Of a stretch of DNA of 64,000 nt, positions 13,868-26,913 are shown one piece after another. The notes under the pieces are model-generated. The model was not told the origin of the DNA and searched no databases. It was given only the letters and a program-made list of their open reading frames with translations. The position numbers were made by a program, and so were the translations under genes. The DNA is from Bigelowiella natans CCMP2755. Taxonomy: Eukaryota; Protista; Cercozoa. Positions within the stretch are counted from its first letter, which is position 1. The number at the start of each line of letters is the position of its first letter. Location: assembly GCA_000320545.1 (NCBI GenBank), contig ADNK01000544.1, positions 62,001 to 126,000 on the forward strand, in the 5' to 3' direction.

Positions 13868-14250
13868 GTTGTGAAGACCCACTGCATATTTTCGGTTAGT
13901 CTCGAAAAGCAGTAGCCCTAAGGGGGGGGGCAAACAACAACGCACTCTTGGCTGATTCCGACATCAAAGCTCTAGCAAGTATTATTTTTCATTAAAGCGA
14001 GACCAAACTACGATTAGAAATTAGTTATTTGTTCCATCGTTTCTCACTAATTCCACCTTCTTACTCGTGATAAACTCTATATCATTACAGCATCTATGCT
14101 GTTCTATGATATATTACGCGTGTTTGAATGTCCGAAGACAATGCCACAGGTAGAATATACCTCTCACCGCCCAAGCTCATACGACAAATACTGATTACGA
14201 ATTAAATTGATAAAAACGTCAACCAATCATACGACGAGAAGACTACTTTC

Positions 14251-14291
<41 letters not shown>

Positions 14292-14596
14292 TCTTCCTTT
14301 TCCACCCATTGAATATCACAAACAAAAACTTTACAACAAAAATGAAATAGGATGAGCAGGAAGAATTTATTCGCTCAATCCCTAAAGAGAAGCGAAGGGT
14401 AAAAAAAAACAAAATAATTGAAGACTAGCACCATGATTAATCAAGAAGATGGAATTTTCTTGTTGTCAAGACACTTATTGATAATATCTGCTGGCGTTAT
14501 TTCCAACAATATACTCTGATTCGATCATCTCTCCCTCTATACACATACAAACACACACACACACACACATATGTTGATATTGATATGGCATTAAAA

Positions 14597-14634
<38 letters not shown>

Positions 14635-15025
14635 GACGTTGCCGGCCATCAGCGACCCAAAATGACGAAAGCGGAGATCACTTCAATTTTCCAATCAGGT
14701 CAGTACACTCTTGCATCTACAGAGTTTTGGTGTTAGTTTACTACATTTTGAATGAGTATGATTTTATCCTTTCTCTCCCCCCTCCTGCATTTGTGGTATC
14801 TCCTTCTACTTTCCTTTAACTATATAGTGCCTAAAGATTCGAAAGGAAAGATGCAATTTGAAGTGTTTAGACAAGTTGTGAGAGAGATCAGGATGGAATG
14901 GATTCAAAAGGTGTTACGAGGGTTATTGTGGTAGTGGTAGTGGTGGTAGTGCTCATGATGGTGATTCTAGCGGAGGGGAAGGACACTGTGTATCTCACGT
15001 CGTAACACGTAAGTTATTATGAATG

Positions 15026-15059
<34 letters not shown>

Positions 15060-15808
15060 CATAATACACGGCTGTGTTGTTTATTATCATGACAGATGAA
15101 GCAGATGTTCCCAGCAGTCAATGCGAAACGGAAACCAGTGCTATCCGGTACTACCATCGCCACGGATATTATTCTCACAATAAATAACACAAATGTACAT
15201 ATTTTATATAAATAGACAAGCATATGAAATAAAGTGCATTTACGTATCGCTGGTTTTAATTGTATTATTTCCTGTACCATAACTTAGGCCATAAATCATC
15301 GAATCTTGCAACGCGCTTGCTGGACAAAAAGGTATAGCATAAACTTCTAAATTTGATTCTCGAAAAGAAATATCTCCTCAACAAGCATTGTTGTTATTAT
15401 ATTTACTGACGTGATAGATTCCGGACACTTTGACGTGGACATTGACGGATAGGCTGATTCACAAAACGATGCACCAAGTCTGACTTACTAGTCTAATTAG
15501 CATGTTCTTCGGACTGAGAGATTCACGAATGCTGTGTAATAATTATTCTCCAATCAAATCAGATGACAGCACTTGAGGCTCATGGGGAAGGGGAGGCAGT
15601 AAAGCAAAATGTGTATCTAATGAGGAATGCTCTTCAAAACAGCGAAACTACATGGGATCAGTAATAGAAAGAGACAACACCATCCCAATTTTCTCTTATA
15701 TCCAGAATTATTAACGATGTTCTTATCAGGTATTGTTGCATTCGACAGTCTCAAACGAAGGCGTCATATGTCAAGAAAAGACGAGCAGACAAGGATCTCA
15801 ATCTGTGA
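6551..15808 (+). CDS. Multi-exon multidomain protein: N-terminal PARG-like (poly(ADP-ribose) glycohydrolase-type macrodomain), charged linker, NADAR (YbiA-like) domain, C-terminal region with a degenerate EF-hand-like segment
   Basis: PARG-like motifs from spliced exons: FYVNFADEDLFR|NYGSKAFDQDEIM|VCEHPILG, TPCIILGAER, GLYGKEF, SNIICMA, LLRTAYTAFRAA, IHTGCWGCG|SSGGN...IQTLAAR. NADAR motifs: PIFYFF, CAGQYMMAEK|ARLFGD, IG|RHIANVDAKVW, AKFGQSLHLRNKLLAT, DDEVWGNG, WRGKNTLGKLLE. The last exons end WDQYCCIRQ...DLNL* at 15808. Joins at about 9964-10264 and 12776-13225 are not fully resolved. Confidence 0.7.
6908..9963 (+). CDS. PARG-like catalytic domain (sub-feature)
   Basis: VNFA...QDE..V.EHP and TG.WGCG..GGN..Q.LAA match the PARG catalytic-fold signatures (canonical VDFAN..GGG..QEE and TGNWGCGAFGG). 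Confidence 0.75.
11114..12552 (+). CDS. NADAR / YbiA-like domain (sub-feature), six exons
   Basis: QYMMAEKARLFGD, AKFGQ...LL.T, D.VWG.G and W.G.N.LG..L are hallmark NADAR motifs. The exon phases join cleanly. Confidence 0.9.
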
Positions 15809-16698
15809 AAGCATAGTGTGATTGGTTGTAGCATGCATCTAAAGTATATTTAAGCAATGATGTCGGAATTGTCTCGACTGTGTATTAATTCACCGCTGCG
15901 CATGTTTGCCATCCTAGCATCGCAAGTATATATAACTAGATAACGTAATCAATGCATCTCGTAACACACAGGCACATGCGTGCATACAATTCAATGACGG
16001 CACAATGTACGTTGGCACCGACGATAAAAAATAATGATGATGATGTGTGCATGCACCGCACTCGATCTAGCACTGCTAGACTGAATCGCGATCGACATGC
16101 AAATGTGATGATTATGATTCACATGGTAGCCACAACAATGCCACATAATATGTTTTGTCGTTGTCATGCGTCCTACCTATGATTTAATAACAAGGTGGGT
16201 ATGCAACGCAGATTGTGCGCACGTACGTGCCTCTACAATACGCACATACGTGCGCAATACATGAGATGCTACGTATCGTAGCAATTTTACATGCTACACT
16301 GAAGCAGGAGTGCTCTGTGAATGATGCGCGCGCATGTGATTCATGTATACTATATGCGTGCGACGAGCGTGTTTTTTGCTAGGAACCGGGCAAACTTTTT
16401 TATTTTGCGAAGAAGAACCATATATGTCTCTCTCAAAACGTTAATCACATGCCAATACTGCATCAGTTTGACACTACTACATTGATGATTACACGCTTTG
16501 TCTATCTATTACTACTTGCCCATTTGTATGCGTGAGAACGCAAGTCAAATGTATGCACTTTGGTATGCGTATTAAGCACACGTACCATCAAAGACATATA
16601 AAAAACAGGTGTTATTATTGCTTGTTCTGAATCACACCGCCTCGATATAATCGCGCGAAACCGCCGAAATTTGGGTTCTATTTAGCAGCCGATCGATA

Positions 16699-17859
16699 TT
16701 ACCTGAAATAGGACTCATCGAATTCGTACTCTTCGTCTAATGCGTCCAGCAGCATTTGTTTCAAGCGGCCATTTGAGCGTAACTTTTTCAGCCCCATCCA
16801 ACTTTTAGGCCCATCCTGGCAACCACCAACGAAGTTACGACCGATCCAAATATTTGGCACGGACCTCTGGTTCGTTAGTAGTGCAAGATGATCCTGATGA
16901 TTAGATAAACTCAGACTAGATGACGATGACGACGACAATGATGATGATGATGATGAAAAATTTAGACAAAATAAGAGAAAAAATAGTGAATCTTAGAATG
17001 GAGGATTATGTGTAGTGATATCATGAAGACGATAGGAAGTGCGGCAACATGTTAGTGGACGAACAGTGCTCTGCAGGACACATAAACCGTACTGTATAGT
17101 GTACGTGTTTTCGATTGATAATTGTGTACCTTCATTTCTTCGTCCACTTCTATGACATCTGGATCGATTCCTCCCAACTCATTGGATAGAATTCGGAGTG
17201 CTTCCTTACAAAAAGGACCTTATTGAAGAAAATAAATAACTATCAGCAAAACGCAAGCTTGTTATTTCCAATATAATTTAGATGAGACTCCTACTACTCA
17301 CAGCGTGGATCTGAGAACACCACAACGGATGATCGGCAAGCTAGCTTGTACACTTCATCTGTCCTATTCCGTTTGCTACTATCGCCCCCACGAAGACGTG
17401 ACAGGACCAGACTGCTTGATGATCCAAGATGACTAAGATAGAAAGAAATCATCATCTATGTTCATCATTTTTTCCTTCCTGTTGCGATTAAAACGGTTGT
17501 AAACAAACCTACCTGCTGTGCCCTACTTCTTTCCTATCGCTGAGTGGATTTTGTAAGACGGACCGAAATCTAGGCTTTCTATTCGAATTATGAAGATTTT
17601 GGCAACGCCTTGGTTGATCCTGCAACTGAAGTGGTGACGGGGCAGCGAGCGAGTAGTATTGGGCGTGGAACGGATGCAGACGCTCAGTAGCTGAGGATGA
17701 TGATGATAACGCCGTATGGTAGATCATGATCCCTATCAAGATGATGCACCAAGACGCTAGGGAGGTCAAAACGACCCCATTCGAACTCCTCGTCATTGCT
17801 GTCCTTGCCACTGCTCTCTCGTCCTCAGCAAGTTGGTTCCATTCTTTTCGATTCCTCAT
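16699..17859 (-). CDS. Dithiol glutaredoxin (CPFC) with bipartite plastid-type targeting leader
   Basis: VVVFSDPRC|PFCKEA, with the first Cys codon split by an intron, plus QRSVPNIWIGRNFVGGCQDG. The N-terminus has a charged stretch, then hydrophobic VVLTSLASWCIILIGIMIY, then an S/R/P-rich transit-like peptide. Confidence 0.85.
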
Positions 17860-18106
17860 CGTCCTATTTCCTTCGTGCGACAACCATGTGACTGCACCGA
17901 TGACCGAAATTGTATTGTATTTGTATCATACTAAAAGTGCAGGGCGTTTATACAAGAAGACATTTACCGGTCTGAGAAATAAAGAAGAAGTGCGAGGGAG
18001 AAAGAATCAGCATCCAGTGGTGCATAACAAGCACACAGCAGGACAGACCACGTCGTCTACCCCAGTGCCACTTCGCATAGGACCTATGCGAGTTCCTAGA
18101 ATTTTA
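17860..18106. promoter_or_regulatory. Putative bidirectional promoter (about 250 bp between divergent glutaredoxin and ankyrin genes)
   Basis: Inferred only from divergent start codons; no specific motif identified. Confidence 0.5.
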
Positions 18107-19029
18107 ATGCCGCCTAAGCATGCGACCTTAAGATGGGTGTTACCGCTGCCGAGCCGGTTTGCCTCTGGCAAGTGTGCGGGCATATTTGGACCGAATGTAG
18201 TAGTAAGAAGAAGAGCCTACAGCAACGTGGTGAAGCAGCAGAAAGTAGCTTGCCGCCTTTCACGTGGTTACTTTTGGGGGGGGGTTGGACTAGTCATGGG
18301 CTATTCGTTGTGGACATTTCAAGCAAACCTCGAAGGCACATTAGTGGGAACTCTACTCCACTGCAGACCCCTTACAGCAAAGGTTGAGAAGCAAGAACAA
18401 GTAGTAATAGTTGTAGCAGTTTTAGTAGTTGCGATGGGATAATTGGGATATGTATTGAGAGCAATACGCTACTACAAAAATGATGTGTTTTATTCTAAAA
18501 CAGGCTGAAGAAAAGGATAACTGCCAAGAGAGCCATGATGCGATGATGCTGCAAATTCACCAGTGCATCCGGTTGAAGTCACATTTATAATGATAGGACT
18601 GCCTAATAAACAATAGAAGAAGAAACTCAAAAATATTGCACCACGCCCACTCAGTTGCTAAACTTTGATTATATCCCTTTCTTTGATGACGTATATCATA
18701 GGAGAGGAACCCTACGTAACCTAAAAAAGCTCGTTAGGGTGCATACCCAGACATCGGTAGTGCGACATAAACACTGACATGCTGAGTTGGACGGCAATAA
18801 AGTCGGACCCCACATCAACATTTAAAGTCGTATCACTAATCTTGTAGCGTTGTTCAACGTCGTAGGGAAAATGGGTGGATTCTTACGGAAGGACACCGAT
18901 AATGCTAGCTTCCATGTACAATAAGGTGGACGACGCCTTTAGATCGAAATCATACGCTATTCAACATATAAATCATGCGCCGCGTTATTATTAATACTAA
19001 TACCATTATGATTAATACCGCCCCACTAC

Positions 19030-19066
<37 letters not shown>

Positions 19067-21284
19067 TCACAGGGTCAGATGCTGCGATATCTGCTTACAG
19101 ACACTGACATAGGCATCAACGGTTACGAAATTTTCTCCTACAATTCAACAACAACAACTACATGCGAATGTATTTTGAAGGAATGAGAAGAGTATGCAAA
19201 CAGCAGCAAATTAGAAGAAATCTCCACAAGTGAGACAGTCTCGGTCTTGATTCCTTATTCGCTATCCTTCATTCTTCTGACTCAGAAAGGGACAACCATG
19301 GTTTGAGCGCGCTTCACTATTGCTGTGCGGAGGGAGGATCCAGCCCTGTGAAGGTGGGAAGGTGTAAGGGGGGGGGGGGAGGAGAATCGACTCCTATTGA
19401 TGGTTTTTGTAATGCGAGATTCGATCCACGGTGCTACATCTGCCTGCTTAAATCACTCGTTTCATACCATACCCCGCTTAAAACCCTCTTCTTCAGTGCC
19501 ACGAAGAAGTAATGTTAGTAAACAGAAACTTCTTAGTCTCTCAATTGTTTGTTTGTATTCTTATTATGTTTTGATGAAGATTGCTGTAGCTTTGATGAAA
19601 GCGGGGGCAGATCCGGTACTGCTACTTTCCCCCGCCCTTCTTCTCCTCCGCCTCCTCCTCCTCCTCCTTACAATCCTTGTTCCCACTAACACCAGCACTG
19701 ATTTTCTCATCATCGTCATTCTCATCGTCCTCCTCTTTCAACACACTACTACTCCTACTACTATTATCCAGTTGCAGGAAGATGACTATGGAATAACTCC
19801 CTTTCACAAAGGTAGGAAGGAAGCTACGTCATCACGTCATTATTACCTACACACATATCATACGACATTACCCTGAAAATAGAGGGTATAATTGGAATTG
19901 TTATTCGATTATTAATGTTTAGTCTCCTTGCATGTGATGTTACTACTACTTTGCAGCCGTAGCGTTCAATCAGCATCAAATCGTAAGGGAGATGCTCAAA
20001 CTTGGCGTGGACATCAATATTGCAACAGGTCTATTTTTGGCCGCCGCCTCCTCCTCCTCCTCCTCCTCCTCCTCCTCCTCCTCCTCTCCTCATCGTTATC
20101 GTCATCGTCATCATTACCTTGAAGCATATGTTGTAGCCAACATTACAACAACTCTTGTGTGCTATTATCATCGTGCATAAGACTTGCATTGAATAATTTT
20201 CACAGGACGACGGCTGAAAGGGAGTGAGAGCGGGAAATCATCATCCACATTGACTTTAGGGTAGTTGTTTGTTTGTTGTCTGCTGCAGTTTACCTATACA
20301 CATCGCATTCAGCACTCTTCTTCTTACACTCCCTTGCCGCACAGTATGTAATATCAAATCCTAGGTGTAGGTCACAGCGCTCCATCGTATGTATCATTTA
20401 AGCGATATAAAGATGATGATGATGATGATGATGATGATGATAATGACTGATAATGATGATGGCATCTTCCTCACTTTTCTTCCTCTCCAGAGACACAGCC
20501 TTGCATTTGGCTGCTCGAAAAGGAAATCAATTCATAACGAAGCAGGTGTTGCAGCATGCATGAGGAATAGGGTGGTGAGATATGGATGATGTCAATGGAA
20601 AATGATAAGAATGGGGATTTCGTTGTCCTTGCTTACTGACTCGCTCAAAAAAGCTCAGCATGGTGCGGTAGTAGCGGTGGTAGTACGGCTTCATGCGCGC
20701 AACCATCGATGGCATGAATCAAATATTACAATACTACGCATGTTGTTGGTAGTTGCTGGAGATGGGCGCGGATCCGAAGGCACAAAACGATGCGGGAGAC
20801 ACACCTCTTCATGACGCTGTACGGATGACTAAAAACGAAATCACTAAGGATCTTCTCCTGCAAGGAGCAGACCCAAACTTGGTATTACTACTCATTACAG
20901 AAGTCATCTTCGTCATCAGAGAGATGTTGTTGTTCTCTTGTTCTACTGATTGTGGATAGCTTCCAATGTAACAAATAATAGTGCAGCGTCTGGCAGTATA
21001 CGTACATGAAATCTTTTTTTGGGTAACATAGCCGTCATCGTCATTGGTTTTTCTTCTTATTATTATTCTTTAAATCATCGTATATTGAACACCTGCTTCT
21101 TCGAAATGTATTGTTGGTCGTTCAGAAAAACAATTGTGGTCGTGTCGCTGGGTCTGAATGCTCTGCCACATCGAGTCTGAGTTGCCTCAAGTGTCAGTAC
21201 TACATCGCCACAACAAAAGCTACTGTGTCTGCTGCTGCCGGGGCTTCTCCTGCTGGCGCTGCTGGCGCAAAGATGCAGATATGA
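18107..21284 (+). CDS. Ankyrin-repeat protein with Arg-rich N-terminal presequence and a TM segment (possibly mitochondrial)
   Basis: Ankyrin motifs across exons: DSYGRTPIMLAS, DNHGLSALHYCC, DDYGITPFHKAV, DTALHLAARKG, GADPKAQNDAGDTPLHDAV, GADPNL. Confidence 0.85.
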
Positions 21285-21816
21285 GCAACAGAAACTATAA
21301 TTATTAAGGAGAACATGATGGAATAAAATCATCCAGTAGTAAATCAAGTTGAAACAAAAATCGTAGCAGATAGAATGAGCGCTTCGAGATGTCTAGATAT
21401 TAGCTTTCAACAATCACCTTATTGCGATCTATTATACCGAAAGTAGGTTACAAACATGCCTTGAATTGAATCATTCATTGAAATCATATACGACTGCGAG
21501 TCTTAGCAACTCGCAGTTCATTAATCATCCTCACCGGCGAACGCCTGCTACTGAATACTGCAAAACAAAGTCACGATGCTGCGGTTGTGCATTGGCTGAT
21601 CGGCTAACTTAGCATCTGAGCTAGTGGGCGGCTCCATGCATTTCTGCCTGCACTGCATTCAACAAACAGGTCGATCATCAGCATCGCACTAGCTGCCGGC
21701 AATCACGTGTGCACATTAATGGCACCCCACATGCATACAGTACTATACGGCGGGTGGAATTGAAATGATACGCTTGTTTAATAGACACCATGGATCACGC
21801 TAGATATTGTTATTTG

Positions 21817-23512
21817 TTAGAGAGCTGTATCTTTCATCTCCGAGTAGTCAAATGGTGCTGAGTTGCCTTCACCAAGTTCTGCATATCGGCCTCCTGTGGA
21901 ACTAGCTGCAGCAGTGCCATGCTCTTCGTCTTTTCTTCGTGCTGGTTGCGAGTTGACAACGCGCTCATCATCTTGATTCGATAAACTGTTCAGCCAGAGC
22001 CGCACTCCGATGAACATAATGCTGACACCTGCAACGGCTGCACAGATAATCAAAACAATTATATCATAGTCTGCTACCCGGGTTTTGAAGTCATCTTGAT
22101 GTGTGGGTTGTGGAGTTGGTTGAGGAGCCGGCGGCAGCATATCGAATGCACATGATGGTTGGCATTGGTGCGGAGCTGTTAGAGACAGCTCGCATGGCAT
22201 GAAGGTGTGAGAAGCAGCCGGTTGATTGTCGGACTCCCACCAAGCCCACAGAGCATTTCTCAAGCTCGTATCATTCAGAACGTAGTGCATGTAGGGGCCT
22301 GCAGACTCTGCTGCGACATGTTCCAAGCAGGATTCGATAAATGCTCCGTTTCCATTTGCGGTAAATTTCGGAGATGAAGTTAAGTTTTGCTTGAAGATAG
22401 TGTACCACTTATTGAGATCTCTAACCTGGTTTGTCGTACATCTAGTGAAATCTAGCGTATCGTTAAGACACCCCCCTGCCAGCTCTGAGTCTTTAGCCCA
22501 GGCACGGAGTGCGTAGTGATCATATGCAGAGTTTATGACGAAGATGGGAACTGACACGTAACGATATGTGCTTGCCATACTCCAACACTCATACTTTGGG
22601 ATGTTATTCGTACACAAAGTTGTTATAACTGCGGCTTGGAAGGTCTTTGCGTAATCAAAGACTTGGTTTCCCAGAACAGATCCGGTGAGCTCTGGAATAC
22701 GGAGGAAAAAACCACTCACGGGAGCTGCTTTGAATTTTGGCACGTGGCTCAATATGTTACGGACATAGTCCGCATATAAAAAACATGCGACCCCTCCAGC
22801 TGAACCGCCTCCGAGGAGCACCTCAGTTGCAGTAGAAAGGTTTGGAGAAGTCTTTTCGTGAATGAGATGCTGAAAAACTGCCTCGACAATCGCCCGTCCC
22901 CGAAAATGAAGGTCAACCCCATTCACATTCAACGTGCCAGTGCGGTTACCAGTGAAGAAAAAACCATCACAATAGTTAATATGGACACGATGAAAGGATG
23001 AGAACCCCGGGTTGACTGTCGAGTTGCTGTCTAACATACCACTGAAAGAATACGTGTCTGGTATCAATGTACTGCTACCGAGATTTGTTGTGCTGCGATT
23101 CACACAAGCCTACATAGAGAAGAACCATGTAGAATTTTTATTTTATTGCACTACAAGATACAGATAGATGGCAATTTTACATCAGGAGTCGGACAGAATG
23201 CGCCTCCCATGAAGTAGATAACCCAGCTATTATTTGTTGCAGCTGTGCTGGCCGGGGAGTAATAATAACCTGATGTAAGATTGTTATATATAAATATACT
23301 GAAAACTTTATTGGATACCCTTAAAGTAGCCTTTCCTACTACTTACTTGGAAGAGATCCATCGAGGCAATAGGCTTTATACTGGTCTGCCAGTGCTTGCG
23401 GTAACACGGTCTTGTGGAACCCAGCAGCTACAACAACTGTATGAGGAGGAGCTAAAATGCTCAGGGAGAAGATGCAAATAAAAATATTTACAATCAAAGA
23501 ATCCCTGGGCAT
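21817..23512 (-). CDS. Pectin acetylesterase / Notum-family carboxylesterase, type I membrane protein
   Basis: Signal peptide, then AYCLDGS, WVIYFMGG, NPGF..FHRVHINYCDG, LHFRG, GGSAGG (nucleophile Ser), SAYD and SCLEH (triad). A Pro/Thr stalk, a TM helix and a cytosolic tail follow. Two short 5' introns and one ~1.29-kb exon. Confidence 0.92.
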
Positions 23513-24305
23513 CGTTGAACAATCAGTTATCGTTCTGTCGTCGGCAGTTTGGGGTGCGGCAACTTGAGCGAATATCTCTTGTGGTGCAATGCTCGAAGTC
23601 CTCGAAGAATTTTCTTAGAATTCACGGTCTTATTGGAAGTCTTTTTTGAAAAACGCCATCCATTCTGTGCCTAAAATTCCAAGAAAGAAGAAATATCCAG
23701 ATCCAGACTACCACGATCCGGTGTTTTATCCGAGCGCTACAAACAACTAACTACTGTTACAACACTCTGCACAACAGTTCAATGACGCATTCCAACAAAG
23801 TTTTCGCCAATATTTTACCGTTAAAACATCACTATCATGAAATACTTATTTGGGTCTATATCCTAAGAAAAATATGAGAACTAAAAAAAAAGATTTTTCT
23901 TGTAATTTAAATACACAAAGAATATCGTAGTAAAAATTTCTTACGAGTCAACCCTGAAATCATTGTTAAGATGAGGGCTGCTGTGGGAGGGGAGGGAGCC
24001 TCTTCGAGGAGGCCCTAACCAGAACATATTTAGAGCTTCGTCTCCAATTCATGCTAATTTCTGTCCACCCTCGTTGCGAGCCCCTGTGGTATCTCTAATG
24101 TAAGCACTTGTACATGCGTGTGACACACAAATAATTGTTGAGCATTTATTGGTAGCACCTCACGTTCTTCTAAACGGAACACCCCGTTAGGACGTCTTTC
24201 TTCCGTAGGTGGCGCTCTTCTCATACAATTGGCATCATCCTATCTACTAGCCTTTTGTTGTTTACCGATCTTCTCCCTCGCAAAAGCGATGATAGCAGCA
24301 AACAT

Positions 24306-25214
24306 ATGAAGCCGCTATCTTCGTCTGTTTCGGGTATGAATATTGACTCATCGACTTCGATAGACAGAGCCCAACCTCGTTGGCCAGAGCTTCCTCTTCT
24401 TACTCTAAAGGGTGGTGCAGCATCAGCAGCAACAACCCTCTCTGGTATACCAACTTGGCAAGGTAGTATTAGTAGTAGCAGCAGCAGTATTAGTAGTACT
24501 TGAAGAAAGAAAGCACGTACGTACTACCACCAACGACCACGACGACGTGGATCACAAGTTTTTCCTATCACATCACCTGCTGCATCGTAACTCTGTTTCC
24601 CTGGCTGGTTGACCTTCTCTAAAATTGCATGCCGATTCTAATATGAACACAAGTTGATGCTTTGCCTTGTCGTTCCTCCATGATAACAATAGGCCTTTTA
24701 AAGTGGAGTTTAGAGAACCAGAAACAATACGATCGTTATCTCAATAGGACAGCGGTTAAGAAGATAGACCCTGACGATCTGCGATTCCTCGAGGAGGTGA
24801 GTTTTTTTAAGCATTTATTTGTTATCTTGGTATTATTCTGCTGTTGGACCTTGTCGATTTATATCATTATAATTTGCAATCTGCTGCATCGGTATTATTT
24901 CAATTCAACCGATATAACCTAATGGATCGTTTTTGATGTAACACATAATTAGTTCATGGATTCTATGCACGTTGACGTGAAGCACGTGATCGAGAGTTGC
25001 CTCGTGTATTTGTCCCTCAACAACCGATTGAAGCCGCGCTTAAACGTCAGTGAAATTGATCCCCGAATCAAGATTTCAAAGGAGGAGGAGAACAACAAGT
25101 CCACAATACTGGTCTACTTACGGAGGAAAGAATGGGGATCTATCCGCTATCCGTTGCAAGCAATGCGAGTGCTGGTACTAGCACCTTGCATACATGTGTT
25201 AATGGTTATGAGTG

Positions 25215-25254
<40 letters not shown>

Positions 25255-26333
25255 GATTTCTTTCCTCCAACTAACCGCAATCAGATCAAGTAGTGACTTC
25301 TCAGCGAAATTCTGCATATATCAATAGCCACTCAATAATACATCTTATAGGAGCTTGCTTCAATTGTCAAATTTTCATGCAATTTAGACGGAGACGAATT
25401 TATGATTCGGGTGTATGGTTGCATGTGTATTTGTGAATATATAGGGCGATATGATCAGTTCAATAGACATGTCCATTGAGTTTATTAAACTAGGTGGTGA
25501 TGATGATGAGAGACAACAGAATGGGAGGTGAGGGGGGAGGGTGATGAGAAACATAGATGCTATAGAGTATTTTCAACACGTCAATCACCATTGCAGCAAA
25601 AACTGGATCAAAGAATGCACGGATATATACCTGAGGGGATATAGTTCTCTACTACTATACACGTATGTAGTAGACAGCTTTCTTCAACTTTCGTCATCAT
25701 CATATGTAGGAGGACTGAATGTCATGCACGCCTGGGTGATCGACGACGATGATGATGATGATGATGATGATTATCATCATCACGACGATGGAAAGAACAG
25801 CAGCAGCAGCAGCAGCACAAATCTACGACTAACAGTCGAAGCTCTTTCGGTAGGTAGCAGTATCATGCAGTATCATTAGTTTCAACAGAAAGAAGCACTC
25901 AATAGGAAGAGACAAACAAAATGATATCTCCCCTCCTCGCCCTCCTCCTCCAACTTCTTGCAGGTGATATCGAATGCATGTCAGAATAATCCGTTTGCAA
26001 GCCGTGCTGCCGTACAAATGGGTCTTGTGGAATCGCTCTGCGAAAAGCTACGGAGGATGATGGTTGTGGTTGAAAAGGGAAGAAGGCGAAGGATCCAGAA
26101 GGAGAACAAGTTGAGAACCACAAAGCAAACATTTGAACTGATGACGACAGACACTGTGGATGATAATATTGATGATCATGACGATGATGATGTTTTCAGA
26201 GACGATGAAAGAGGAATTAAACTGCGCGCGACAAGGCGCATTTTGCAATCACTCGTCGCTATCGCTCTCCATCATCCAGAAGCAACTCTAAGAATCATAA
26301 ATGTGTGTAATCCACCAATATATATTGTTGATT

Positions 26334-26370
<37 letters not shown>

Positions 26371-26874
26371 TGTGTGTGTGTGTGTGTGTGGGTGTGTTTT
26401 GTGGTTTTTCGATTGGACTTTCTCGAATGTTTTCCTTTGCTGCTGTCCTGACCTTCCTGTTGGTGCTGATGTATTTTCTCTCCCATCATGCATTATTATC
26501 CTCGATAACTTCTATCTTCTCATTGTATCTTTCCTTCAGTGCGGAGTACTAGCGCTACTTCAAGACTTGCTGAAGAAGGGTCAACCTCCCTCCCCAAATT
26601 CTTTAATTTACTCGAAAGAAGGAAGTTGCTCCATGTTTGTTCACTGCTGTGATAGCGATGTTGTTGAATCGAATACTAGGTGAAGGAGAAGGCGTATGGC
26701 AGACTGCTCTGCAACTAGTTTTTGTTATCTCATCTGAGATTAAGATCCCAGGCATTCCGCCATTACTTCTTGCCAACGGTGCGTGTAATGTAGTAGTGAG
26801 TAGCGTTGTGAAGATGGGGCCGGGTTGAGAAGGGTAGAGGAAGCAAAAAGGGAGAGAGGGTACAATGAAAGAAA

Positions 26875-26913
<39 letters not shown>

